A stretch of 64,000 nucleotides of DNA from Eledone cirrhosa (lineage: Eukaryota). The position numbers were made by a program, and so were the translations under genes. Within the stretch, counting starts at the first letter, position 1, and every line of letters starts with the position of its first letter. The notes under the pieces are model-generated. The model was not told the origin of the DNA, made no database searches, and saw nothing but the letters and a program-made list of their open reading frames with translations. This document shows, in pieces, positions 27,628 through 41,900 of the stretch. Location of the stretch: assembly GCA_964016885.1 (NCBI GenBank), contig OZ024743.1, forward strand, positions 249,798,001-249,862,000, in the 5' to 3' direction.

Positions 27628-30600
27628 AATAATAACAGGTAGACATCATAAAAAGGTAATTTATTCCGTGTGCTTACAAGTGTTTCCACGGTGGTACTGC
27701 AGCCTAGTTCCGCTACGTGCAAATTCACAAGTATTTGCAGAACTCGAATATCCAATGCTGTGACCACTGTTTCCTCAGAGCAGAATGGTAAATGTACAAT
27801 GTAAAAACCCTTATATGGAAAGGCATCATATAGGTATGTCACTTAAAAACATACCTATACCTAACAAAAGGGAATATATTCTCAGTATGATTCAACGCAG
27901 TAACGACTTCATTCGGTGTGTACGATGGAAAGCTTTCCACTTCGATAAAGGACGCGCCAGTCACTCGTCTGAATCATATGGTTTTAAATCATGTAAAAAC
28001 CCACCCACAAACCCTCACCTCGAAGCTTTCGAACAGGACTTATTGAAAACTACCATGAACATTAAGTTCAACAGACATAGAAATAATGAGCTGCAGAGCA
28101 ACATGAAAGCACTACTCCGAAGATTGCAAAATACCAATGGAATTGTTGTGAAAGCTGACAAGACCTCTAACGTGTATACCATGGATATCGATACGTATAA
28201 TAACTTCATACGTAACGAACTACACAAAAAAATATAGAAAAACAAATGAAACTACGCTAGCAAATATTAACAACGAGGCATATAAAGTGGTAAAGAATCT
28301 CAAGATAGACGATAGAACCGAGCCGATTATACCCGCTACCCCCACCTTCAACCTGAAGGACCATAAGGTAAATTTTGACTCTAACCCTAAGATTAGACTT
28401 ATATGCCCTTCTAAATCAGACATAGGAAAAATTAGTAAACATATACTTGACAGAGTAATAACTCAAGTGAAAAAGAAAATTGAAATTAAATTATGAGGCA
28501 ACAATAGCGAAGCAATTCGCTGGTTTAATAATGTTAAGAATAAGAATAAATCTAAGTTTATACAATTTGACATAGACGAATACTACTCTTCCATCTCACC
28601 AAGCACTTTACGTAAGGCCCTATCGTTTGCTAAGGCCAATTCCGACCTAACAGAGGACGAAATTAATATTATTCTCGAGGCTAGAAAAACCATTATTAAG
28701 TTCGATAACTGCTACTGGGAACGTAAGGACAGACCCACAAATTTCGATATTACCATGGGTTCCAACGACTCGGCGGAGGTCACGGATCTCGTGGGAATTT
28801 ACATAGCCCACATATTACATAGTAGATTTAGTAATCTACAGGGGGGGGGGGGATATATAGAGATGACGGGCTCTTATTAGTTAATAACTTGAATAACCAA
28901 AATCTTGAAAGGCTACGGAAAAATATTAGAAAATCTTTTAGTGAACTGGGTCTAAAAATAACATACGAATACAATCTTAAAGTAGTAAACTTTCTGGACG
29001 TAACTCTTAATTTAAATACCGGACAGATACGACCCTTCCACAAGGTAAATGAGAACCTTACGTATATTGACTTTAACTCTAACCACCCACTCTCCATGAT
29101 CAAATCAGTTCCCCGGAGTATTTCTCTTAGAATCTCTCGCCTATCGTCTAACTCTGATATTTTTAGTGAACATGCTGAATGCTACAATAATGCATTAAGG
29201 AATGCTGACCACCGGGATACAATAGAATACATCGATAGTAATTTCCACAACACACATAGCTCTACACGTAATCAAGGTATACGTAACCGGGGGACTAAAA
29301 CACAAGCACACACACACGGTACTACCAGACATACTAATAATAGAAGATCACCACCAAATAAATCACGTTGTAGAAAGTATATCTGGTATAATCCTATTTT
29401 TAATGCCTCGATTAGTACAAAACTATCTCTTTCATTCTTTAAATTAATCAATAAACACTTCCCTAGTTCCCATAAGTACAGCAAAATTATGAACTCTAAA
29501 ACTATTAGACTATCATACTCCACGGCACCAAACCTTGAAGCATACATAAAAAAACTTAACGTAAGGCAATTAAACAACTCTACAAAACAAAACATTTTAG
29601 TAACAGATGGGCAGAACGCAATATCTGCCTCCCAACCACTAAATGGGAGACGGGTATTGCACAACCCACCTGTACCGCTATCACAACCTATCCATGGTAT
29701 ACCCGCTACCCACAACAAAGAATGTAACTGCCATCTACCTGAAAGATGTCCATTGCAGAATGAATGCCTAAAGTCCAACATTGTTTACCAATGCACGGTT
29801 GAATCGAACGACCAGAAATGGTATTATATCGGATCTACCACCACATCGTTTAAATCTCGCTGGTACCGTCATCGATTCTCAATCAAACATCCGAATCACC
29901 GTTTTGTGACCACGCTCGCCAACAAGACCTGGCAACTCCGTGAACACAACCAACAGTTCACCTTAAAATGGGATATACTTTCCAGCGCAAATGCATATCG
30001 GAGTGGATTGAAGTACTGCAGGTTATGTAACCTTGAGCTATTTTACATACTAAAATCCAAAAACAAACTACTTAACGATAGAATTGAACGATCATTATAC
30101 TGCAACCACAAACTAAAAGCTAAATTCTCTCACTATAAAATAACTTAACATTCGAACCCGTAACTACAACACCACTTTCTAGCTAACAACCTTCTCTTCC
30201 CCCCACACTACAAGACAATACACTGCTTATCACTATACATGGTAACTCAGTACAATTCCTAGATTACTACTACAAAAACAAAAGTTCACTCACCACACAT
30301 ACTTTATCTATCCTCTCTCTACCTATATATCTCTCTCTACATCCATTACACTCTCTCTCTCTCACCTTTGACCTACCTCCCTCTCAACATCTATGAACCT
30401 GCCCTCTGGGGCAATACATAATTCCGACCTCAACTATCTACGCATCTCTCCAAAAGTAACTAATAAAACCCCTACCATAACATTTTGATTAAGATATCTA
30501 CAAGCCACTCTCTCCTACTTCTCCAACCCCTGCATATCTTTCCTTCTCTCTCCTTCTTCCCTACTTTTCTCTCTTCCTGTTCCACTCTATCTTCCCCAAC

Positions 30601-30948
30601 AACCTCACTTAAGGGTTTTTACATTGTACATTTACCATTCTGCTCTGAGGAAACAGTGGTCACAGCATTGGATATTCGAGTTCTGCAAATACTTGTGAAT
30701 TTGCACGAAGCGGAACTAGGCTGCAGTACCACCGTGGAAACACTTGTAAGCACACGGAATAAATTACCTTTTTATGATGTCTACCTGTTATTATTCATTC
30801 TTTATATACACTCCGGAATACTGAAGGATCAGGAACTAAGTTTCTTGAACAATTCTTCCATAACTCGTAGAGTAACCTCTTACCGTACGTCAACCATATC
30901 CAGTGTAGTAATTAACCATCACTACATCTTGGATAATCCTATACCTAA
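27622..30948 (+). mobile_element. Penelope-like retroelement (RT + GIY-YIG), probably Naiad-type, with inverted 5' pseudo-LTR; disrupted ORF about 27815-30148
   Basis: Motifs [58 protein letters not shown]...YIGST and CRLC..CNH. Two homopolymer frameshifts (about 28230 and 28845) and a TGA at 28494. 27622-27813 is the reverse complement of 30610-30801. (TA)n lies on both sides. Confidence 0.93.
30641..30752 (+). ncRNA. Type I hammerhead with extended stem II in the Penelope pLTR (mirror copy 27671-27782 on minus)
   Basis: tgct-CTGAGGA-a-acagtggt...(cagc/gctg; tgcaaat/atttgca)...accaccgt-g-GAAA-C-actt-G-TA-agca. Confidence 0.75.
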
Positions 30949-31040
30949 TATATATATATATGTGTGTATATATATATGTATATATACATATATATATACA
31001 TATATATATATGCATATATACATATATATATATATACACA

Positions 31041-31073
<33 letters not shown>

Positions 31074-31082
31074 GTATATAAG

Positions 31083-31113
<31 letters not shown>

Positions 31114-31447
31114 ACATATATATATATGTATACATATGTATATATGTATACATATATATATATGTATACATATGTATATATGTATACATATATATATATA
31201 TGTATACATATATATATATGTACATATATAAATATATATACATGCACACACATATATATATATGTATACTTACACATATATATACATTCATATATATATA
31301 TACATACACATATATATATATATATGTATACTTACACATATATACATTCATATATATATATATATATATATACAAACATATAAATATATAAATACATACA
31401 TATATTCATACATATAAACATATTCATACATATAAACATATTCATAC

Positions 31448-31504
<57 letters not shown>

Positions 31505-32094
31505 ATTTCTGTACTATTCAGTTTCTGTTAGTGTAACCAGTTATTGTAGAGTGATTATGTAAGAAGAATCTGAAGCCTTGATTTATTTCATTTGGTAAAT
31601 CCAGATGTAGTTCAACTATAATTTTCCAAATGTATCAATTTACAGAGTAATTTATAAAAATTATTTAACTCACCACATTCCAGAAGAGTACGATTTTAAA
31701 AATTTGTTTTGTCTACATACAATTTTTTAAGTAATCGGATTTGATTTAATTTGATTGAAAGAATCAAAGTTAGCAATCCTTGACAGATTATATAACACAT
31801 ACAAAGAAACATGTGTCAGTGTTATGCAATAAATGATAATGTCACTCTTCTGGAATGTGGTGTTTTAAATAATTTATATATATATATATATATATATAAA
31901 TATAATGAAGGAATTGTGGTAAGGAACCAGATGGACCATAACGCACCAGAGTACTCAATACTTAGGGTAGTAGAGTGGGTAATAGGAAAAAGTATGACCT
32001 GGACGGCAGAGCTCAAGTCGTTTCTACGGCTATTTCGAAATGGCTTGAGCTCTGCCGTCGGGGTCATACCTTTTCCTATATATATATATATATA

Positions 32095-32875
32095 TGCTTG
32101 TAGGGCAATGTTGCATGGTAGTGAGACCTGGGCGCTGTGTGTAGAGGACTTACGAAGATTGGAAAAAAGTGAAGCCTGCATGCTCTAATGGATGTGTAAT
32201 AGTAATATACTTAAATGGCAAAGCATAAATGAGCATAAGATGAATCAAATGCAGTGTGCAAGACTGGAGACTGTATTGGTATAGCCATGTGATGCATATG
32301 AAGGATGACAGCTGTATAAAAATGTGCAGCATGATCAAAGTCAATGGAAGCTATGGAGTAGGAATACCTGGCAAGAGGTGATAAAAGTTGGCCTTGCACA
32401 ACTCGACCTCTCAAAGGTGATAACACAGGATTGAGATCTTTGGCATTATGGAGTAATACAGAAGACATGCCTTCCTGTTCACATGAGTTGAAACACATCT
32501 TGTATGCACCACTTAACCTAACACTCCACCCACCCTTCTCTCACACCTTTACAGCCTCACCACTGTTCCCAGTCCACAATGCTAGGGTGGTCATTTTGAT
32601 GTCAGGAGAAAAATTGCCCAGCCCACTGTAAAATGGTTGTACAGTGCACCCAGCCAAGTCCACACTCTAAGGTGGTCATATAGGTGTCACAACAAAAGCA
32701 CCCAGCACACACTGTAAGTGTGGTTGGCATTAAGAAAGGCATCTAGCCATAGAAAACAAACCAGAAACAGTCCTATATGAGCAAGACACGGTCATCTGAC
32801 ATGATTCACCTCAAATGTGGCAACCCGTCTAACCCATGCTAGCATGGAAAATAGATGTTAAATGATGATGATGTT
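32095..32875 (+). mobile_element. Decayed RTE 3' fragment with 3' UTR
   Basis: AMLHGSETWALCVEDLRRLEKSEACML, UTR repeats and (GAT)n. Confidence 0.8.
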
Positions 32876-32877
32876 AT

Positions 32878-32908
<31 letters not shown>

Positions 32909-33192
32909 AATCAGGATAGAACCAGTTTAAAACTGATTAGATCATTAATGAACAGAGTACTTGATACTTGGGGTAGTAGAGTATGGCTATATTATAAAGA
33001 GTCAGGACCCAACGGCTGAGCTCTTACCATTTCAACAGCTAGTTCCAGTCTGGAACTAGCTGTTGAAACACACACATACACATGCACACACATATATATA
33101 TTTTATGGTAATATATATGTACATATATATATATACTGTATATATACACACACATATGGACATATATATATATATATATACACATATATATG

Positions 33193-33226
<34 letters not shown>

Positions 33227-33868
33227 TATATATGCATATATATATATACATCACACACTCAAACGTCTATCTATCTATCTATATATATATATATATATGG
33301 TGGCTGCCAACTCGTTTTCGAGTACGGCCACTACTTTATATCCATGTAGGAGAACCCCTACCGATACGCTGAACGAGTGTGACTTTTTAGTCCAGCCAGC
33401 GACTTGAAAACTCTGGTACAAACACTACACTTGTGACAATTATTGACACATAGTGCTGGGCCCATGGTACCATGTGACGACAAGTGCAGAGAGATCTCCA
33501 GATATAAAGTAATGGCTGTGCCGTGAAGCTTTTATAGTGAGCAAAGGCACTGCACAAAGCCAGTCCCACTCTCTTAACCAAGATGATATTTACCAAAAAG
33601 AAGAACAAGTCAACATCATTGGATACCATCAGGGTTGCAGGTGTTATATCAGAGTTTTCCTTCTAGAATTCTGCCTTGACAAAGGTTAAGGGGTCATCTC
33701 TCCCGGTGATTTTGGATGGCCATTGACTCTTAAGAGCTCCTTTGCCCTTTGATATATATACTTATATATACGCACACACATATATATATACACATCACAC
33801 ACTCAAACATCTATCTATCTATCTATCTCTCTCTCTCTATATATATATATATACTTATATATACACAT

Positions 33869-33950
<82 letters not shown>

Positions 33951-34278
33951 TTATACATACACACAGATGCCACAATGTGACACCATTCTGTTTAAAGAAT
34001 TCTTTAAAATAATTTTTTTCAGACATTTTAATTTATCCTCAAAGGACATTCAGCCCCATTCTTATACTACTAATAATAATATTTGATATCATTTTAGAAA
34101 TATCATTGCTGTATAAACAATTTGATTGGCAGTTTCTGAACTTGTAGATGGCACAAAAATACATACATGTGTGATCAATATATTTCTTATGTTCAATATT
34201 GGTTCTTTATTTTTAAAAATTAAATATAACCACAGAGCAGATTTCTATGATAAAATTTTACAGTTAAAATCTCTTTAA

Positions 34279-34520
34279 CCCTTTTGTTATCATATTTCAA
34301 CAGAAATCCACTCCTGTATGTTTCAATTGATTTTGAAATTTATTCACAATTTGGAGAAATTCACTGAAACAAATTTTTCATTGTTTAGCTGTTGTTTGGA
34401 GTATACCTTAACAAAATAATCTGAGATAAAATTATGATGAAAAGCTTTTAGATAAATACAATCACTTTAAAATGAATAATTTTCTATTATAAAACCAGGT
34501 GTGGTTTGGTATCAAAAGGG
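34279..34520. mobile_element. piggyBac-like MITE (relatives at about 7.7, 34.7-34.96, 37.35-37.6, 47648-47875, 47.93-48.17, 49.1-49.2 and 50.55 kb)
   Basis: TTAA|CCCTTTTG...CAAAAGGG|TTAA termini, non-coding, with a shared AT-rich interior among copies. Confidence 0.7.
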
Positions 34521-35386
34521 TTAAATATGTTTGCAAAATCTTTTTAAAAGATATAAAGAAAAGACAGAATCAACCCACCCTCTCTAGGTACTGAATTGAA
34601 TAAAACACAACAATGATATTAATTGATATAAAATGATGTCGTGAATTTCTTAAAACACAAGAATTTAGATATATCTTGAAAACATTAAAAAAAATGTTTT
34701 GGTCAATTCAAGCCTTTTGTTACCATATTTTGAAATTATTGCCTGTGGTTTTCAAATATTTTGAAAATAATCAAGAATTTGAAAGACTTTAGTAATATAA
34801 CTAACTTTCTCAATATTAAGCTGATATTTGAAACATAACTTAGAGAGATTCTTACTTAAAATTATGATAGAAGAGTTTTAGATAAGTATAAACACTTTAA
34901 AATAAACAGCTTTATATCACATAACCAAGGACAGTTTCAGGTGATTTGGTATCAAAAGATTTGAAAAATCACAAAATTTATATGAAATATAAATAAAGCA
35001 TAGATGAAGATGAATGTTAATCATTATATTTTACATTATATTTTTTTTAATGTTAAATTTATAAACAACTTAATATATATGTGAGTTATCTGGCATTATA
35101 GGGCTACTTTTTAAGTAAAATTTAAATTTTGTTTTTTAATTATTTTTTACTTTCTTAATTTATTTAAAGATTTTTTTTTCGGATAAGAAATTGTTTGTTC
35201 TAGAACATCCAATGTCCTTTGAGGGTGTAAAAATGTCGAAGGATTACAACTTAGACTGACTAGTCATTTTAACCAGTTAACATCAATATTGAAAAAAAAA
35301 AGTGAAAAGAATGGAAAAAAAAAACTCCCTGATCCCCCCAAATAAATGCTACTCTAGACAGAGTTAATTACCTGCCCACAGGTTAA

Positions 35387-35833
35387 TCATGAGTGGTGTA
35401 AGGAGTGTTGCTTGGCGCTAACAGGCTGCACTGATGCGGAAGCTGGTGTTAATTTCGTTGTAGTATACATCTGTGAGCCAACAGACTGGTACTGCTCATA
35501 GAGGTCTGTGTCATCGTCGTCATCCAATGCAGATGTTGTCGTCATTACGGATGAATAAATCGGCGTGGCATGACTAAAGGCAAACTGTTTATTCTCAAAA
35601 TTCTCCGTCTTGCTGTCTTCCTCAGAGAAGTCACCAGCAGTAACACTGAGAACCTTCAGTTCTTCAAGAAGTTTCATAAACTCTGCCTTTAACATTACTG
35701 CTTCATAGAGCTGCTGCAGTCTTTTGAACTCACTGAATTCTTTTGATAACTGCTTTGTGAGGGTAGCCAGTTGCTGCAGTTCAGCATGGGAGCCATGGAA
35801 GTCATCAATGTCGGCCGGCCCGCCAGGGATGGC
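35387..35833 (-). CDS. Host coding exon, probably the same gene: short form 35734-35833 or extended terminal form to stop at 35387
   Basis: Acceptor ttcctcttgcag|GCC is followed by non-repetitive, GC-richer open frame AIPGGPADIDDFHGSHAELQQLATLTKQLSKEF...HHS*. The other two frames close early. Internal donor TTCA|gtgagt at 35734/35733. Confidence 0.65.
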   Translation of the reverse strand, partial: AIPGGPADIDDFHGSHAELQQLATLTKQLSKEFSEFKRLQQLYEAVMLKAEFMKLLEELKVLSVTAGDFSEEDSKTENFENKQFAFSHATPIYSSVMTTTSALDDDDDTDLYEQYQSVGSQMYTTTKLTPASASVQPVSAKQHSLHHS

Positions 35834-35935
35834 CTGCAAGAGGAAATCACTTCTGCAAAGTTCGCTTATACACTGAAAAGTTATCTCTTTCTGGATCACG
35901 AAGGATGACATAATAACTAATTATCAATCAACTTG

Positions 35936-35983
<48 letters not shown>

Positions 35984-36944
35984 TTAATAATGATAACAAT
36001 AATGATAATTATGATACTACACAAACTAGCGGGAACAAAAATCTATTTATCCATAACATAGATGATTCCATAATATCAGTCAGTTAAAATAAAATATAAA
36101 ATAGATAAATAAATAAATACTTAAAACAGAAATAAATAAAAAGCCAATTAGGATTTAATGAAATACTTGTGTTTTACAAGTAGAAGTAGGTTTATGGTCT
36201 GGATGATCGAAAATTTTCTAAAAGAATTAGAAAGATAAGGTTATAAGCTGTCAAATCAATTTGAGAACATTTAAAATTAATTTGATAATAAACTGGATAT
36301 GTATTAGTTAGGATTATAAAATAATAAAGTAGCACTTAGGCTTTTGAATATCTGTTTAGTTTTTGTTCTGACAATTGAGTAAATAATTTGATATTAGTGA
36401 AATTTTGACTTAATTTCTAAATTCAGGTGTCAGGTATGACTGGTGTATGTGTGTGTGTGTATATATATACACACACACATATATGTATATATATATACAC
36501 ACACACACATACATATACGTATATACACACACATACATATAAATATACGTATATATATATATGTATATATTATATATATATATATACTCACACACACACA
36601 TCTATTAATTCTATACCTGAGGATAGGAAATGTGAAATTATTAGTTTTAACCTGTCATGGTTCAAATTTGAAAAAAAAAGTAAAGATGAAACATAAACTC
36701 TATTTATTGTATTGAGTACTTTTTCTTGTAGTTTATAAACACAAATATATGTATATGTTTTGCTTTTTGTGTGTATGCATGTATGTATTTACTTTTATTT
36801 GATTTTTTGTTCTATTTAATGAGAGAGAGAGAGAGGATCAGCTATGCCCATGACTCCTCTCATGGTGAAAAGGACAGGAAAAGAGGAAGGTCAGCTCCAA
36901 CCAATGACAGCTTGCAACTGAGTGAACAGTGCTTGCAAAAGGGA

Positions 36945-37350
36945 ACCCAAGAGCCTAATGGCCGCCAAGAGCCATGTGGCAACTAACAGCCAGTTGTTAA
37001 CCCAAGAATCAGGTGTTGACTCAAGAATCAGGTGTTGACTCAAGAATCAGGTGTTAACTCAAGAATCAGATGTTGACTCAAGAGCCAGGTGGCAACCAAG
37101 AACCAGTTGTTAACCTAATAATCAAGTGTTAACCCAAGAGCCAGGTGGGAACCCAACAATTAGGTGTTAATGCAAGGATCAGGTGGCAACCAAGAGCCAT
37201 TTCTTACCCAAGAATCAGGTAGTAATCAAGAGACAGGTGGCAACCAAGAGCTATGTGTTAACCCAACAATCAGGTGTTAACCCAAGAATCAAGTGGGAAT
37301 CCAAAAATCAGGTATTAATGCAAGGATCAGGTGGCAACAAAGAGCCGTGT
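36945..37350. repeat. Diverged 18-19-bp minisatellite (caagaatcaggtgttaacc / caagagccaggtggcaac)
   Basis: About 20 visible units. Confidence 0.85.
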
Positions 37351-38381
37351 TTTAACATTTTTGATACTAACTTACCCCCAAATGCCCCTGTTCTTATGGA
37401 ACAAAGCCATACATTTGAAACAGTTCTGATTAAAAATATAATCTTCCAACCATTATTTTATTTAAGAACCTTTTGTTATGTTAGAAATACCATCCTAATA
37501 ATTGAAATAATTTTAGTAAAAGCCTCCAATTTCTTCAGTAATTAACTAAAAATTGGCATATTTTATTAAAAAGATGGCAATGAAAAGATTAAATTAAGCG
37601 ACAGATTATGTTTATCCTGTCCCTCCCCTGCAAAATGCTTTATATGGAAAATAAAACCAAACTACATAATACAACAAACCATTTCTAAAAATGTCATCTT
37701 TACTAAGAAACTTCAAGTAACCAAGATTTCACAAAAGAATGATCCAGAAGCACACATATTATTCTGTAGAAAAACAAGATCGAGAAAAAAAAAGGAAAGA
37801 ATATCTTTTGTTTTAAAGCAAATCTACTAAAAGAATCATCTTTATTCCCTGACCGTATTTACAATATATATACACACACACACATGTATATATATGTATA
37901 TAATAGAAATATTAAAAAAAATACTATATATTGAATAGCAGCAATTTATTGTTTAGTTCTGTTCCAATAAGATTAGCCTCTGCAAAAATAGAAGAGCTAT
38001 AGAAATGTGCTGTTTTAGTCAAAAATTGAAATGAAAACAACATTGAAATGCTGTTTCCGAAACAATATAACTAGGAAATATTCTGCAAAATTCTTTTCAC
38101 ACCCAATCCGGTCTCACCAACTCTCTTACTACTCTCTTTCTCTCTCCTTGTGTCTAAATATATATGTGTATTTAGGTGTAGTGTATGTGAGTGTGTGTGT
38201 TGTGTGAGTGGTATATATGTAGGTAGGCATGAATGACAGTATGTTTGAACCTATACACACACAATATATATATAGTTGTGCATGTATATATATATATATC
38301 AAAGAAAACATATTACATGATGCTATATATAAATATATATATATATATGCATATGTAATCAGAGAAAACATGTTAAATGAT

Positions 38382-38438
<57 letters not shown>

Positions 38439-38945
38439 TATGTATGTATATACTGTATTCTCTATGAACACGAAATAAGCAAGAAAACAAGAGAGAGAGA
38501 GAGAGAGTTCAACATTGTATATAGTAATTACATTATGTAAATGCAGTACAAGATAGATAGTATGCTACATTAAAGTCTTACCAGATATATCTTATAGTGA
38601 TATTTAGAGAGAGGGGTACGATGAGTTGAACGGATTATTTAGGCACATCTGAACAGTTCAACTTCCATATAACTGTTGTTAATTACTTTTAGTAATAGAG
38701 ACGTTTAAATGATGTAATGTGCCTCTATGGTCCTTTCAGTTTATAGTACACCCCTAAATATCACTATGAAATATATTTGGTGAAACTTTAATATAGTATA
38801 CTATGTTTCTGTACTGTCTTTTATGCAGTACAGTAACTTGCTTATTCACAGCTAGAGTCACAGTGGATATAGAGTGGTGATCCTCAAAATACAATGTCCC
38901 ACTTCCAAGAGTGGTTGACAAATGAATATTGATGCTGTCTGTCTG

Positions 38946-41900
38946 TTTTGTCAGATAGAATGTCCCTGGATTACAAACAGCCAGCCTTATTACACATTTT
39001 GTCAGATAGTCTGTTCCTGTATTACAAACAGCCAGCCTTATTACACATTTTGTCAGATAGTCTGTTCCTGTATTACAAACAGCCAGCCTTATTACACATT
39101 TTGTCAGATAGACTGTTCCTGTATTACAAACAGCCAGCCATATTACACATTTTGTCAGATAGACTGTCCCTGTATTACAAACAGTCAGCCTTATTACACA
39201 TTTTGTCAGATAGACTGTTCCTGTATTACAAACAGCCAGCCTTATTACACATTTTGTCAGATAGACTGTTCCTGTATTACAAACAGCCAGCCTTATTACA
39301 CATTTTGTCAGATAGTCTGTTCCTGTATTACAAACAGCCAGCCTTTTTACACATTTTGTCAGATAGACTGTTCCTGTATTACAAACAGTCAGCCATATTA
39401 CCCATTTTGTCAGATAGACTGTTCCTCTTTTACAAACAGCCAGCCATATTACACATTTTGTCAGATAGACTGTTCCTGTATTACAAACAGCCAGCCTTAT
39501 TACACATTTTGTCAGATAGTCTGTTCCTGTATTACAAACAGCCAACCTTATTACACATTTTGTCAGATAGACTGTTCCTGTATTACAAATAGCCAGCCAT
39601 ATTACACATTTTGTCAGATAGACTGTTCCTGTATTACAAACAGCCAGCCATATTACACATTTTGTCAGATAGACTGTTCTTGTATTACAAACAGTCAGCC
39701 ATATAACACATTTTGTCAGATAGACTGTTCTTGTATTAAAAACAGCCAGCCATATTACACATTTTGTCAGATAGTCTGTTCCTGTATTACAAACAGCCAG
39801 CCTTATTACACATTTTGTCAGATAGACTGTTCTTGTATTACAAACAGTCAGCCATATAACACATTTTGTCAGATAGACTGTTCTTGTATTACAAACAGTC
39901 AGCCATATAACACATTTTGTCAGATAGACTGTTCCTGTATTACAAACAGCCAGCCATATAACACATTTTGTCAGATAGACTGTTCCTGTATTACAAACAG
40001 CCAGCCTTATTACACATTTTGTCAGATAGACTGTTCTTGTATTACAAACAGTCAGCCATATAACACATTTTGTCAGATAGACTGTTCTTGTATTACAAAC
40101 AGTCAGCCATATAACACATTTTGTCAGATAGACTGTTCCTGTATTACAAACAGCCAGCCTTATTACACATTTTGTCAGATAGTCTGTTCCTGTATTACAA
40201 ACAGCTAGCCTTATTACACATTTTGTCAGATAGACTGTTCTTGTATTACAAACAGTCAGCCATATAACACATTTTGTCAGATAGACTGTTCTTGTATTAC
40301 AAACAGTCAGCCATATAACACATTTTGTCAGATAGACTGTTCTTGTATTACAAACAGCCAGCCATATTACACATTTTGTCAGATAGAATGTCCCTGTATT
40401 ACAAACAGCCAGCCATATTACACATTTTGTCAGATAGACTGTTCCTGTATTACAAACAGCTAGCCTTATTACACATTTTGTCAGATAGACTGTTCCTGTA
40501 TTACAAACAGCTAGCCATATAACACATTTTGTCAGATAGACTGTTCCTGTATTACAAACAGCTAGCCTTATTACACATTTTGTCAGATAGACTGTTCCTG
40601 TATTACAAACAGCTAGCCATATAACACATTTTGTCAGATAGAATGTCCCTGTATTACAAACAGCCAGCCTTATTACACATTTTGTCAGATAGACTGTTCC
40701 TGTATTACAAACAGCCAGCCTTATTACACATTTTGTCAGATAGTCTGTTCCTGTATTACAAACAGCCAGCCTTATTACACATTTTGTCAGATAGAATGTC
40801 CCTGTATTACAAACAGTCAGCCTTATTACACATGTTGTCAGATAGACTGTTCCTGTATTACAAACAGCCAGCCTTATTACACATTTTGTCAGATAGTCTG
40901 TTCCTGTATTACAAACAGCCAGCCTTATTACACATTTTGTCAGATAGTCTGTTCCTGTATTACAAACAGCCAGCCTTATTACACATTTTGTCAGATAGAC
41001 TGTTCCTGTATTACAAACAGCCAGCCTTATTACACATTTTGTCAGATAGTCTGTTCCTGTATTACAAACAGCCAGCCTTATTACACATTTTGTCAGATAG
41101 TCTGTTCCTGTATTACAAATAGCCAGCCATATTACACATTTTGTCAGATAGACTGTTCCTGTATTACAAACAGCCAGCCTTATTACACATTTTGTCAGAT
41201 AGTCTGTTCCTGTATTACAAACAGCCAGCCTTATTACACATTTTGTCAGATAGAATGTCCCTGTATTACAAACAGTCAGCCTTATTACACATGTTGTCAG
41301 ATAGACTGTTCCTGTATTACAAACAGCCAGCCTTATTACACATTTTGTCAGATAGTCTGTTCCTGTATTACAAACAGCCAGCCTTATTACACATTTTGTC
41401 AGATAGACTGTTCCTGTATTACAAACAGCCAGCCATATTACACATTTTGTCAGATAGACTGTTCCTGTATTACAAATAGCCAGCCATATTACACATTTTG
41501 TCAGATAGACTGTTCCTGTATTACAAACAGCCAGCCATATTACACATTTTGTCAGATAGACTGTTCCTGTATTACAAACAGCTAGCCTTATTACACATTT
41601 TGTCAGATAGACTATTCTTGTATTACAAACAGTCAGCCATATAACACATTTTGTCAGATAGACTGTTCCTGTATTACAAACAGCCAGCCTTATTACACAT
41701 TTTGTCAGATAGACTGTTCCTGTATTACAAACAGCCAGCCTTATTACACATTTTGTCAGATAGTCTGTTCCTGTATTACAAACAGCCAGCCTTATTACAC
41801 ATTTTGTCAGATAGTCTGTTCCTGTATTACAAACAGCCAGCCTTATTACACATTTTGTCAGATAGACTGTTCCTGTATTACAAACAGCCAGCCTTATTAC

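Noticed and set aside
28494-28496. In-frame TGA in the Penelope-like ORF read as selenocysteine (reported for some Naiad elements)
   Set aside because: It falls at a position I recall as conserved Trp (L-W-x-N...WF), the Cys motifs use TGT/TGC, and I identified no SECIS. A TGG>TGA mutation is simpler.
35372-35389. Stop-codon readthrough to the downstream donor
   Set aside because: It would end in phase 0, incompatible with the phase-1 exon at 362, and there is no other support.
36945-37545. Coding repeat (QESGVN/QEPGGN-like)
   Set aside because: Mixed 18- and 19-bp units shift the frame repeatedly.
38581-38672. Minus-strand candidate exon ending CTG|gtaaga
   Set aside because: All three frames contain stops from either nearby acceptor.
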